Part shown: positions 40,438-49,174 of the stretch, piece by piece
How positions within the stretch are numbered: position 1 is the first letter of the stretch
Layout: each line of letters starts with the position of its first letter
From: a virus
Taxonomy: Duplodnaviria; Caudoviricetes
DNA: 64,000 nt
Direction: 5' to 3' (one strand)
Virus record (IMG/VR): IMGVR_UViG_3300024259_001623
Position numbers and translations under genes: made by a program
The notes under the pieces: model-generated
What the model saw: only the letters and a program-made list of their open reading frames with translations
Told to the model about the DNA's origin: nothing
Databases searched by the model: none

Positions 40438-41243
40438 ATTATATACGGATCTATTTTATCAATTATTCTTTTAAGTTGAGTTCCCCAACCTTTACGGTTG
40501 AAGTCAGTTATTTTATTTCCAATATCTTTTGCACTCCAAGGTAATCTATAATTATATCGTTTACCATTGATGTATAAAGTCATCTCTCCGTAACTGTTGG
40601 CTCCATCAACAATAACAGTAAGAGATTTTTTCTTTTCGGGCACTATTTTTTCTTCAGTCTGTTTTACATTAGGAACTGGTTTATCAAAATCGTATTTAAC
40701 AGGCTCGGCAAATCCGAATTGTCCTTGAGAGGCCCATCTTTCGGCTTTTTGTCCGATAGCAAAACCTCTTATCTTCATCGGATTGGCTTGTTCTATAATG
40801 TGAAATGGAACATTCTCATACCATTTATTATTACTCATCACATATATATTAAACATGTCTCTTTCTGCTTCTTCATTAAAGGCATCATATAAACCATTTG
40901 CTATATTTCTTAAATCTTGAGAGGTTAAAGTATTTGTTTCTACATTATTGCCTTCTAGGCGTTTCCATCCCCACTGAACCATAGCATATTCCCTAAGATC
41001 CGCTTCCCCTAAAATGAGTTTGATATCTTCTTCAGTTACTCCTCTTTCTTTGAGTTCTTCTTCGCTCATTAAAATATAATCAACTTCATTTGGATCAATG
41101 TCATATTTAGCCATAACCTGTTCAGCGACGTAAGCCTCATGATTGTAATCGCTTACGTCGCCATCAGCATATAATGCATTACCAGAATCATCTATCCAAT
41201 ATTCTCCAGAAACGGCTAATTTTATTTGTTTATACCAATTCAT
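40434..41243 (-). CDS. MNWYK-leader hypothetical protein (distinct domain)
   Basis: MNWYKQIKLA, then GEYWIDDSG...NHEAY...WGWKRL. Confidence 0.8.
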   Translation of the reverse strand: MNWYKQIKLAVSGEYWIDDSGNALYADGDVSDYNHEAYVAEQVMAKYDIDPNEVDYILMSEEELKERGVTEEDIKLILGEADLREYAMVQWGWKRLEGNNVETNTLTSQDLRNIANGLYDAFNEEAERDMFNIYVMSNNKWYENVPFHIIEQANPMKIRGFAIGQKAERWASQGQFGFAEPVKYDFDKPVPNVKQTEEKIVPEKKKSLTVIVDGANSYGEMTLYINGKRYNYRLPWSAKDIGNKITDFNRKGWGTQLKRIIDKIDPYII

Positions 41244-41680
41244 TAATCATCCTCGTATATAACAGGATTCCCAAAAGTATCATCTAATATCTGATATATT
41301 TTTTTATTTAAATATTCTTGTCTTTTAGGGTTTTTATCATATGACATATTTGTTAAAGAAACGGCATGTTTTTCTTTATCATATCTTCCTTTTGCCATCG
41401 CGTTATACCCGCTATGAGAATTGAGTCTAACATTACCAAACCTATCTATTGTTAAAGCTGGAAGAACTTTTATAGAAAAATCATAATAAATATACCATAT
41501 TTGATCTTTGTCTATATTTTCTAAAATTTGTTCTTGTATATTTTTTGGCAGAGAAGAAAGTTTTTTGTTTCTGTAATTTTTAGCATCAAAAAAACTACTA
41601 TGTCCTACATCAAAATATCCTACATCAGTAGGAGTATCCATTACAGGTAAAGCAATTTTTATTTGTCTATACCAATTCAT
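41243..41680 (-). CDS. MNWYK-leader paralog family protein
   Basis: MNWYRQIKIALP...YFDVGH...MAKGRY...FGNPVIY. Confidence 0.85.
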   Translation of the reverse strand: MNWYRQIKIALPVMDTPTDVGYFDVGHSSFFDAKNYRNKKLSSLPKNIQEQILENIDKDQIWYIYYDFSIKVLPALTIDRFGNVRLNSHSGYNAMAKGRYDKEKHAVSLTNMSYDKNPKRQEYLNKKIYQILDDTFGNPVIYEDD

Positions 41681-41682
41681 TA

Positions 41683-42132
41683 TTAAAATCCGTATATAGG
41701 AGCATTTTTAAATATATGATCTAATATTCTATAAATCCTTTTTTTAGAATATTCTTGTCTCTTAGGATTGTCAGATGATGGGAAATATCCTACAAATGAA
41801 ACTACATTTTTATTTTTATCATATCTACCCTGAGCTAAAACATCTTTTCCATTTATCGAGTCCCGATGCGTATTTATCATAATAAAGCCATTATCAGCTA
41901 TTTCCATTGCAGGGACTAAAAGAAAATTAAAATCTTTTAAGATATACCATAAAGCTTCTTTATGTTCAAAATCCCGTATGATTTTCTGCTCTTCTTCAGG
42001 ATATTCATTTATATTCGTATTATTATATTTTCTTGCAGAAAAGTTTACATTATGCCCAACGTCGAAATAAGTCATCTTACCAGGGGCTTCTGTAATAGGA
42101 ACAGCTAATTTTATTTGTTTATACCAATTCAT
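41683..42132 (-). CDS. MNWYK-leader paralog family protein
   Basis: MNWYKQIKLAVP...YFDVGH...LAQGRY...FKNAPIY. Confidence 0.85.
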   Translation of the reverse strand: MNWYKQIKLAVPITEAPGKMTYFDVGHNVNFSARKYNNTNINEYPEEEQKIIRDFEHKEALWYILKDFNFLLVPAMEIADNGFIMINTHRDSINGKDVLAQGRYDKNKNVVSFVGYFPSSDNPKRQEYSKKRIYRILDHIFKNAPIYGF

Positions 42133-42503
42133 TATCTGAATACCACTATATCAGGATTATCATAATATTTATCTAACATTTGAGAAGCTCGTTTAATTAT
42201 ATATTCTACTTGATGAGTCTTAGCATCATAAGAAATTTGTAAACTAGCTTTCTTGTTTCCGGATTTATCTATTACGAATCTGCCCGCAGCCAAATGACCT
42301 TGTAATTTGCCTTGAAAACTTCTACCATGTATTGCTTCCCTTCCACCAGGAGCGGTTAAAAAATTCCAATCTTTATCAATTAACCATAATTCTTCTTTTT
42401 GGGACCTGTTGAGATCCCAATCGTGACCAATATCTGTGTATATTAAATCTTGATCACGTTTCATAACAGGTAAAGCTACTTTTATTGTTTTATACCAATT
42501 CAT
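42132..42503 (-). CDS. MNWYK-leader paralog family protein
   Basis: MNWYKTIKVALP...YTDIGH...EELWLI...AAGRF...YDNPDI. Confidence 0.85.
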   Translation of the reverse strand: MNWYKTIKVALPVMKRDQDLIYTDIGHDWDLNRSQKEELWLIDKDWNFLTAPGGREAIHGRSFQGKLQGHLAAGRFVIDKSGNKKASLQISYDAKTHQVEYIIKRASQMLDKYYDNPDIVVFR

Positions 42504-42884
42504 TTAAAACTCATATATTGTGGGATTGCCATAATGTTGATCTAATATTTTAACAACTTTATTTTTTAATGCCCCTTGTTTTGCAATTTCTGAACTACCT
42601 GGGGCATTAATTGTTAAACTAACTTTTTTTTCTCCATTAGGTGTTACTTCATATCTGCCTTTTGCTAGATAAGCATTTGCGACTGTAGCAGAAAACATAG
42701 TATAATGTAAACGATTTTTGTAAGTAGGAACTCCAGTATGCAATTTCCAATGTCTATCTATCATCCATAATTCTTCTTCAATATCCCTGCTCTTATCAAA
42801 ATTATGTCCGACACTGGTATAATGTGATCCAACAGGAGCGTCCATAATAGGTAAAGCTACTTTTATTGTTTTATACCAATTCAT
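42504..42884 (-). CDS. MNWYK-leader paralog family protein
   Basis: MNWYKTIKVALP...YTSVGH...EELWMI...LAKGRY...YGNPTIY. Confidence 0.85.
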   Translation of the reverse strand: MNWYKTIKVALPIMDAPVGSHYTSVGHNFDKSRDIEEELWMIDRHWKLHTGVPTYKNRLHYTMFSATVANAYLAKGRYEVTPNGEKKVSLTINAPGSSEIAKQGALKNKVVKILDQHYGNPTIYEF

Positions 42885-43402
42885 TTCTTAATATCACATT
42901 CTGTCCTAGGTAAAAATAAATCTGTTAAACTAAACAGTACATTTTCGTCCCGTTTCATTTCTTTTATATTTTTTTCCGCATATTCTTTTAAAGAATCCCA
43001 ACATTTTCTCTCATCAATTTTTTTTGTCTCAGTTTCAGAATTATCTGTAGGAGAATAACCTCTTTCAAATTTCTTTAAATTAGAATTTCCCTGTTTCAAT
43101 GTAGGAATAAAAATAAATTTGTCATTTTTATATCTATCTTCTGCTATTTGACAACGAAAATACAATACAGGATTTTGCCAATCACCACCAGCTTCAAATG
43201 CTTCCGCTAAAATACTATAATTTTTGTCAAGATTATTTTTTGCGTCTAATTTTATTCTTTTTATATTACCTTTGGAAGTGTCATTTTCCAAATCAAAATA
43301 TATACCACTCTGCTCTTTTGCCTCATGGATCAACCTTTTCCATAAAACTCTTAATTCATTTTTATAATCAAATTCGTTTTGAGCTACTTTATACCAACTC
43401 AT
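42881..43402 (-). CDS. MSWYKVAQ-leader hypothetical protein (distinct domain)
   Basis: 173 aa; not alignable to the paralog domain. Confidence 0.75.
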   Translation of the reverse strand: MSWYKVAQNEFDYKNELRVLWKRLIHEAKEQSGIYFDLENDTSKGNIKRIKLDAKNNLDKNYSILAEAFEAGGDWQNPVLYFRCQIAEDRYKNDKFIFIPTLKQGNSNLKKFERGYSPTDNSETETKKIDERKCWDSLKEYAEKNIKEMKRDENVLFSLTDLFLPRTECDIKK

Positions 43403-43860
43403 GATTTTTGTACTCCAACAGTTATATGGAATTTATGCCCTTTACCATTGTAACTAGCTGGCAATCCATATCCCTTTCTTATATCCTTCAATTCAGGAGC
43501 CTCAATGGTCAAAAACCAAACTCTTTTCATATCATCCCAACCAGCAGGGTTAGTACTATATAATCCAGTTACTTTAAAACAAATCTCTTTGCCAACTTCT
43601 TTTAATTTTCCAGCCAATTCTTTTTCTTCTGCTTCTTCTGAAGATATAAACGAAACATGCGCTCCAATTCCATCTGCTCCAAAATAAGGAGGCTTAGAAG
43701 CTTCAGGAATCATTGGATAAAACCCCTCAACGATTTTGTCATTTACTTTTATGTAAGAAAAACCATCATCCTGCTGCTTTATCTCTCCTCGTAAGTCCGT
43801 TTCCTTTAATATGTTAGAAGCGACCTTAATTGAAAAGTTTTTGTTATACCAATTATTCAT
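43399..43860 (-). CDS. 2H phosphoesterase superfamily protein (Acb1/T4 gp57B-like) with NWY leader
   Basis: Two HxS/T motifs, GAHVSF and FHITV, about 80 aa apart. Confidence 0.75.
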   Translation of the reverse strand: MNNWYNKNFSIKVASNILKETDLRGEIKQQDDGFSYIKVNDKIVEGFYPMIPEASKPPYFGADGIGAHVSFISSEEAEEKELAGKLKEVGKEICFKVTGLYSTNPAGWDDMKRVWFLTIEAPELKDIRKGYGLPASYNGKGHKFHITVGVQKS

Positions 43861-44649
43861 TTAATTCCACCTGTATATATCCGGATTCCCGTAATAGTTA
43901 TCTAGAAAGCTTTCTACTCTTTTCGTCATATGTTCTAATCTTCTAGGATTTTCTCCTAGAGTATAATCCATTATTAAGCTTGCCTTTTTTTCTCCATCAC
44001 CAAACTCGTCAAATCTTCCTTTTGCTATTGCATCAAATACTTTATCACCAAATATCGAATTATGAGTGTTGCCACCCTTTCTAGGAATAGCTAACATTTC
44101 CCAATTTTTAGTTATTAACCATAATTCAGATTTGACTGGAGATTCTCCTCTTTGATTATAACTATGTTCGTGACCTATATCCAAATAGTCAAGACCATGA
44201 ATGTCTTTCTCCATTACAGGCAACGCAGTCTTTATTTCTTTATTAGCATATCTATAAATATTTGGATTCCCATACTTCTCATCTAAAATCTTTTCGATTC
44301 TGTTCATGAAATATTCTTCTCTGCCTGGATGATGAGCTTGTACTCCATAATCTAATAGAACACTTACATATTTATCTCCATCAGAAGATTCATCATATCT
44401 TCCCCTTGCTATGCCATGCAAAAAAACATCTGCTTGAAATTCAGATACATGAGTATTACTATCTGTTACAGGAACAGAAATAAATTCCCATTTATCATTG
44501 ATATACCATATTTCAGCGTATACAATTTTTCTTCTGTTTAATACACTGTTGTAGTTAGACGGCATCCTATGTCCAATATTTGTATAATGAACAGGAGGAT
44601 CTTTCTCCGTTATAGGTAACGCTATTTTTATTTCTTTATACCAATTCAT
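43861..44649 (-). CDS. MNWYK-leader paralog family protein with two fused domain copies
   Basis: The second unit begins KEIKTALPV...YLDIGH...IAKGRF...YGNPDIY. Confidence 0.85.
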   Translation of the reverse strand: MNWYKEIKIALPITEKDPPVHYTNIGHRMPSNYNSVLNRRKIVYAEIWYINDKWEFISVPVTDSNTHVSEFQADVFLHGIARGRYDESSDGDKYVSVLLDYGVQAHHPGREEYFMNRIEKILDEKYGNPNIYRYANKEIKTALPVMEKDIHGLDYLDIGHEHSYNQRGESPVKSELWLITKNWEMLAIPRKGGNTHNSIFGDKVFDAIAKGRFDEFGDGEKKASLIMDYTLGENPRRLEHMTKRVESFLDNYYGNPDIYRWN

Positions 44650-45116
44650 TAATTAAATACCGATATCTTAGGATTATTAAAATGTTTATCTACAGATCTA
44701 AGCATCATTTTTTCAACATGATTTCTTCTATTAATGGAATATCCTCTTAATGCAGAAGTATATACGAAAGAAACTATATTGTTATCTCCTTCATATCTAC
44801 CTTTGGCTAAAATAGATTGATCTAGAAGCCCCCAGACATCCCAATGAGTATATCTTTTGATAATACCTATATCATTAACACCTATCGCTGGATTCTCAAT
44901 TATCTCATAATTTTTTTGCATTATCCATATAGTTTCTTTATTTTTATCTATTTTTTTCTTGACTGATTTTTGAGCTTCTGGCTCTAGTTTATGAAAAATC
45001 ATACCTTCAACATCTCCAATTTCAAAATATCCTTCATGACCATAATCCATATAATGACTTGATGGAATAGTCTTATCAACTGGAAGAGCTAATTTTATTT
45101 GTTTATACCAATTCAT
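44649..45116 (-). CDS. MNWYK-leader paralog family protein
   Basis: MNWYKQIKLALP...YMDYGH...LAKGRY...FNNPKI. Confidence 0.85.
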   Translation of the reverse strand: MNWYKQIKLALPVDKTIPSSHYMDYGHEGYFEIGDVEGMIFHKLEPEAQKSVKKKIDKNKETIWIMQKNYEIIENPAIGVNDIGIIKRYTHWDVWGLLDQSILAKGRYEGDNNIVSFVYTSALRGYSINRRNHVEKMMLRSVDKHFNNPKISVFN

Positions 45117-45530
45117 TTAAAACTCATATATTGCTGGGTTATTGAATTCTCTATCTAATATATTAGAAACTTGTTTTTTAATATATTCCATCCTTCTAGG
45201 GTTTGTTGTATCTGGATCTACATTAATTGCTACGCTAGTTTTTCCTGAACCATCTCTGTGTTTTATATATCTTCCTGATGCTATAGAATCTTTTGATCTA
45301 TAACTAAAATCTAAATCAAAGGCGTAGTCATGAATCGTTCCGATGTTCATGTCAGTTACGGGGATAGTCTTAATATCAAAATTATAATCTATTGTCCACA
45401 AAATCTCTTGAACAACTTTATCAAATCTAAAATGTTCCATCTTGTCATAATGACCTATATCTGTATAGTCCATCTCTCTTGGAACATTAACTACAGGTAA
45501 TGCTAATTTTATAACTCTATACCAATTCAT
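45117..45530 (-). CDS. MNWYK-leader paralog family protein
   Basis: MNWYRVIKLALP...YTDIGH...IASGRY...FNNPAIY. Confidence 0.85.
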   Translation of the reverse strand: MNWYRVIKLALPVVNVPREMDYTDIGHYDKMEHFRFDKVVQEILWTIDYNFDIKTIPVTDMNIGTIHDYAFDLDFSYRSKDSIASGRYIKHRDGSGKTSVAINVDPDTTNPRRMEYIKKQVSNILDREFNNPAIYEF

Positions 45531-45914
45531 TTAAAACTCATATATAACAGGATTATCAAATTGAATATCTAATATTTTATGTACTTTTTCTTTAATCTTT
45601 TCTAATCTTCTAGGATGTAAATCACCTTGATATGTATTTATAATAAGACTAGTTTTCTTTTTTCCAGCTAAATCTAATATAAATCTACCAGAAGCAATTG
45701 AATCATAATACATTTTGCCAAAAAAATCAAAATGAGCATCTCTCTGCGTTTCCGGAGTTATAGGATAAGATTGGAAATTCCAATTTTCGTCTACTATCCA
45801 TATGATTTCTTGTTGATTAAATTTTTTATCAGTATGCCCTATGTCTGAATATTGCATATAACCAGGCGTATCAACAACAGGCAATGCTAATTTTATTTCT
45901 TTATACCAATTCAT
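45531..45914 (-). CDS. MNWYK-leader paralog family protein
   Basis: MNWYKEIKLALP...YSDIGH...IASGRF...FDNPVIY. Confidence 0.85.
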   Translation of the reverse strand: MNWYKEIKLALPVVDTPGYMQYSDIGHTDKKFNQQEIIWIVDENWNFQSYPITPETQRDAHFDFFGKMYYDSIASGRFILDLAGKKKTSLIINTYQGDLHPRRLEKIKEKVHKILDIQFDNPVIYEF

Positions 45915-46285
45915 TATTCATAATCATATATTGCAGGGTTATCAAATGTCTGATCCAATATTTTCGCAACTCTTTGTTTAATAAATTCTAATCGTTGTGG
46001 AGATGTTTCTCGCAATATAAAATGGGACCAATAAACGCTTACTACTTTTTCTCCATTTTCTTTTTGCATAAATCTACCATAAGCCATTCCGTTTTCTAGC
46101 TCATCTTCTGTAAAAATATTAACATGATTAAGGGCTTCTGTATCCGTTTTTATATTCCAATTTTTATCTATTAACCATAATGTTACATTATTTTTATTCA
46201 GACCATGACCTATATTAACATAATGTTGCGGTTTGTTTCGCTCCGTTATAGGCAATGCGATTTTTATAACTCTATACCAGTTCAT
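45914..46285 (-). CDS. MNWYK-leader paralog family protein
   Basis: MNWYRVIKIALP...YVNIGH...MAYGRF...FDNPAIY. Confidence 0.85.
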   Translation of the reverse strand: MNWYRVIKIALPITERNKPQHYVNIGHGLNKNNVTLWLIDKNWNIKTDTEALNHVNIFTEDELENGMAYGRFMQKENGEKVVSVYWSHFILRETSPQRLEFIKQRVAKILDQTFDNPAIYDYE

Positions 46286-46379
46286 TACTTATCACTCAAA
46301 AAATTTTTCACAGACAATAATGCGCCATTTAAATTATTATTTTTAATACAAAATAAATTTTTTCGCACAACAATATAAA

Positions 46380-47468
46380 TTATACTAATTCATTTATCGC
46401 TTTTTTTACATCTATTAATCCATATCCAGTCTTCTCGTCTTTACCAGCTTTGTCTAAATCAATACTAGCCCACTTCAAATGATCCTTGATCTGAGCAACA
46501 GTATCTACAGGAGTCTTACCACCAATCTTTCTATGCTTCGCTAACATCAATGCAACCACACCAGCTACCCAGGGAGTTGCCATAGATGTACCACTATATG
46601 CAGCATAACTATCTTTAGGAACAGTACTTAAAATGTTAACACCAGGTGCCATAAAATCTAAATTCTCGCCTGTTTGACTAAAACCAGCACGTAAATTGTT
46701 TTTATCTAATGCTCCAATAGCAATAGTCTTTTTGTAATTACCAGGATAATCCAATACGCCCTTATCCCCAGAATTACCAGCAGCACATATAATAGGAACA
46801 TTTCTAGCATATGCCTTATCTACCATTTTACGCATACCAGGATGATCATAAGTCCCGCCCAATGACATACTAATAATATCACAACCTAAACTCAACGCCT
46901 TCTCAATACCACCAGAAACCCAATCATAAGAACCATAACCCTGATCATTTAAAACCTTTATGACCTGAACTCTTGCTCTAGGAGCTACACCTACAATACC
47001 CTCAGCATTATTATTGGCAGTTATAATACCAGTTACATGAGAACCATGACCATGAGCGTCAGATACGTTACTACGAGCAGCCTTAAAACGACGAACAAAG
47101 TAGGTTACTTTTTTTTGCGCACTTTTTAAATTCTTCCTCATTCCGTTTCGTTTCTTAGTATTTCTCGTCCTCTTCAACCTCTTTTGATATAAACGAACTT
47201 GCTTTTTCCAGTATCTGGCCCAACTTAAATAACTGTATGCTTTACGAGCTTGAGTCATGCTGAATTTAAATGCAATTGATCCCTGTAGATCGACATGATC
47301 ATATTGACAGCCAGTATCCAATACAGCTATCTTAATCCCCTCACCCTGAGTCTCATCCCATATCGAAGGTATGTTCTGACGAATCATCTCAGCATTAACA
47401 ACCTGATCAAATGAACTGTTAACACCAGCACTCTTTAAATATGTATCTAATAACGAAACTTTATCCAT
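46380..47468 (-). CDS. Subtilisin-like serine protease (S8) with a basic insertion
   Basis: AVLDTG (Asp), HGHGSHVTG (His), AAGN (oxyanion Asn), GTSMATP (Ser); no signal peptide. Confidence 0.95.
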   Translation of the reverse strand: MDKVSLLDTYLKSAGVNSSFDQVVNAEMIRQNIPSIWDETQGEGIKIAVLDTGCQYDHVDLQGSIAFKFSMTQARKAYSYLSWARYWKKQVRLYQKRLKRTRNTKKRNGMRKNLKSAQKKVTYFVRRFKAARSNVSDAHGHGSHVTGIITANNNAEGIVGVAPRARVQVIKVLNDQGYGSYDWVSGGIEKALSLGCDIISMSLGGTYDHPGMRKMVDKAYARNVPIICAAGNSGDKGVLDYPGNYKKTIAIGALDKNNLRAGFSQTGENLDFMAPGVNILSTVPKDSYAAYSGTSMATPWVAGVVALMLAKHRKIGGKTPVDTVAQIKDHLKWASIDLDKAGKDEKTGYGLIDVKKAINELV

Positions 47469-47596
47469 AATAAAACCTCATTTCAAAAAAACAATATATA
47501 ATTTTATATTACGCGAAAAATAAAAATAACCTCTCATTTTATTTGTTTTATTTCATAATTACCCCAATTACGATATAATATAAAAGGAGATTCTGT

Positions 47597-48829
47597 ATGA
47601 AGAAATTGCCCAAAAATGAAATTGTCTTAGGAGATTGTTTACAAATTATGAAACAATGGGATGATAATAGTATAGATACTGTTATCACCGACCCTCCATA
47701 TGGTCTAAGCTTTATGGGAAAAGATTGGGATCATGGAGTCCCAGGTAAAGTATATTGGGAAGAAGTATTACGTGTTGCAAAACCCGGAACTATACTATTA
47801 GCGTTCGGAGGCACACGTACTTATCATAGATTAACATGCGTTATAGAAGATGCTGGATGGGAAATAAGAGACTGTATGATGTGGTTGTATGGATCAGGAT
47901 TCCCTAAATCACATAATATAAGTAAAGCTATTGATAGAAAAGCAGGAAAAGAAAGAGAAGTAGTTGGAAAAAGAAAACATCCAACCCTTAAAGATATCAA
48001 TAAATTAGAAGAAGATGCACAAGCTGCTCATGGAGACAATAAATGGAATAGAGAATGGGATATTACAAAACCAGCTACAACCTCGGCTGAAAAATGGGAA
48101 GGATATGGAACCGCCCTCAAACCAGCATTTGAACCAATTGTCGTTGCAATGAAACCCATAGAAGAATCATTCGCTAATAACGCAGAAAAATACAATGTAG
48201 CAGGTCTCAATATAAATGAAAGCCGAATAGGTATAGATAAAGAAGATGATATTCATGCAAAAAATCCACATACAACAACGTCAGGAACTAATAAAGTATA
48301 CGGTAAATATGAATCCGGTAATGAATATGAAATACCAAAAGGACGCTGGCCAGCAAACATAATCTTAGATGAAGAGGCAGCAAAACAATTAGATGAACAA
48401 GCCGGCGACGTTGGAAACGGCTGGAAAAAGAACTATGGTAAAGACGACTATAAAGACAGACAAGATAAAGGTGGCGTCTTCGGTGGCGGTAATTATGTAG
48501 ATAATACATATTGCGATCAAGGCGGTCCCGCCAGATTCTTTTACTGCGCTAAAGCCTCAAAATCAGAAAAAACTCATAATAAACAAGTGGATAATATACA
48601 TCCTACCGTTAAACCTATAAAACTTATGGAATATCTCTGCACACTAACGAAAACTCCAACCGGAGGAATTGTACTAGACCCATTCGCCGGTAGCGGATCA
48701 ACACTAATAGCTGCAATCAATACAAATAGAGACTTTATAGGAATAGAAAAAGAAAAAGATTTCTTCAACATAACCCAAAATAGAATTAAAATAACAAAAG
48801 ACTCTCATGAAGAAAGTCTTTTTGAATAA
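47597..48829 (+). CDS. DNA amino-methyltransferase (N4-C/N6-A, beta arrangement)
   Basis: GDCL...TDPPY (motif IV) precedes HPTVKP and VLDPFAGSGST (motif I); large central insertion. Confidence 0.93.
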   Translation: MKKLPKNEIVLGDCLQIMKQWDDNSIDTVITDPPYGLSFMGKDWDHGVPGKVYWEEVLRVAKPGTILLAFGGTRTYHRLTCVIEDAGWEIRDCMMWLYGSGFPKSHNISKAIDRKAGKEREVVGKRKHPTLKDINKLEEDAQAAHGDNKWNREWDITKPATTSAEKWEGYGTALKPAFEPIVVAMKPIEESFANNAEKYNVAGLNINESRIGIDKEDDIHAKNPHTTTSGTNKVYGKYESGNEYEIPKGRWPANIILDEEAAKQLDEQAGDVGNGWKKNYGKDDYKDRQDKGGVFGGGNYVDNTYCDQGGPARFFYCAKASKSEKTHNKQVDNIHPTVKPIKLMEYLCTLTKTPTGGIVLDPFAGSGSTLIAAINTNRDFIGIEKEKDFFNITQNRIKITKDSHEESLFE

Positions 48830-48835
48830 AAAAGG

Positions 48836-49159
48836 ATGATTATGTTTGGAACTAATGATAGAGAATGTGATGGATGGGATGATTATTGCCCACACTGCCA
48901 AAAAGGATATAGCTTCGATGTAGGTATGGGACCGTTTGATTGTAAATACTGCAATAAATCTCTAAGTAAACCCACACCACCAGAAGATCCAGAAGAAGTT
49001 AAAAACAATCTAGCAAGCTCTTTATTATCTCTTGCTGATTCCTTAAATGATACATCAGTAGTTACAAATGATGATATGGTCGATAAAACTATATTACTAC
49101 AAAAAGCACAAATTAAACTAGAATTCTATCAAAAAGTTATTCATGAACTTTGCGATTAA
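48836..49159 (+). CDS. Small zinc-ribbon protein
   Basis: CPHC...CKYC. Confidence 0.65.
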   Translation: MIMFGTNDRECDGWDDYCPHCQKGYSFDVGMGPFDCKYCNKSLSKPTPPEDPEEVKNNLASSLLSLADSLNDTSVVTNDDMVDKTILLQKAQIKLEFYQKVIHELCD

Positions 49160-49174
49160 TAAAGGATCAAAACT

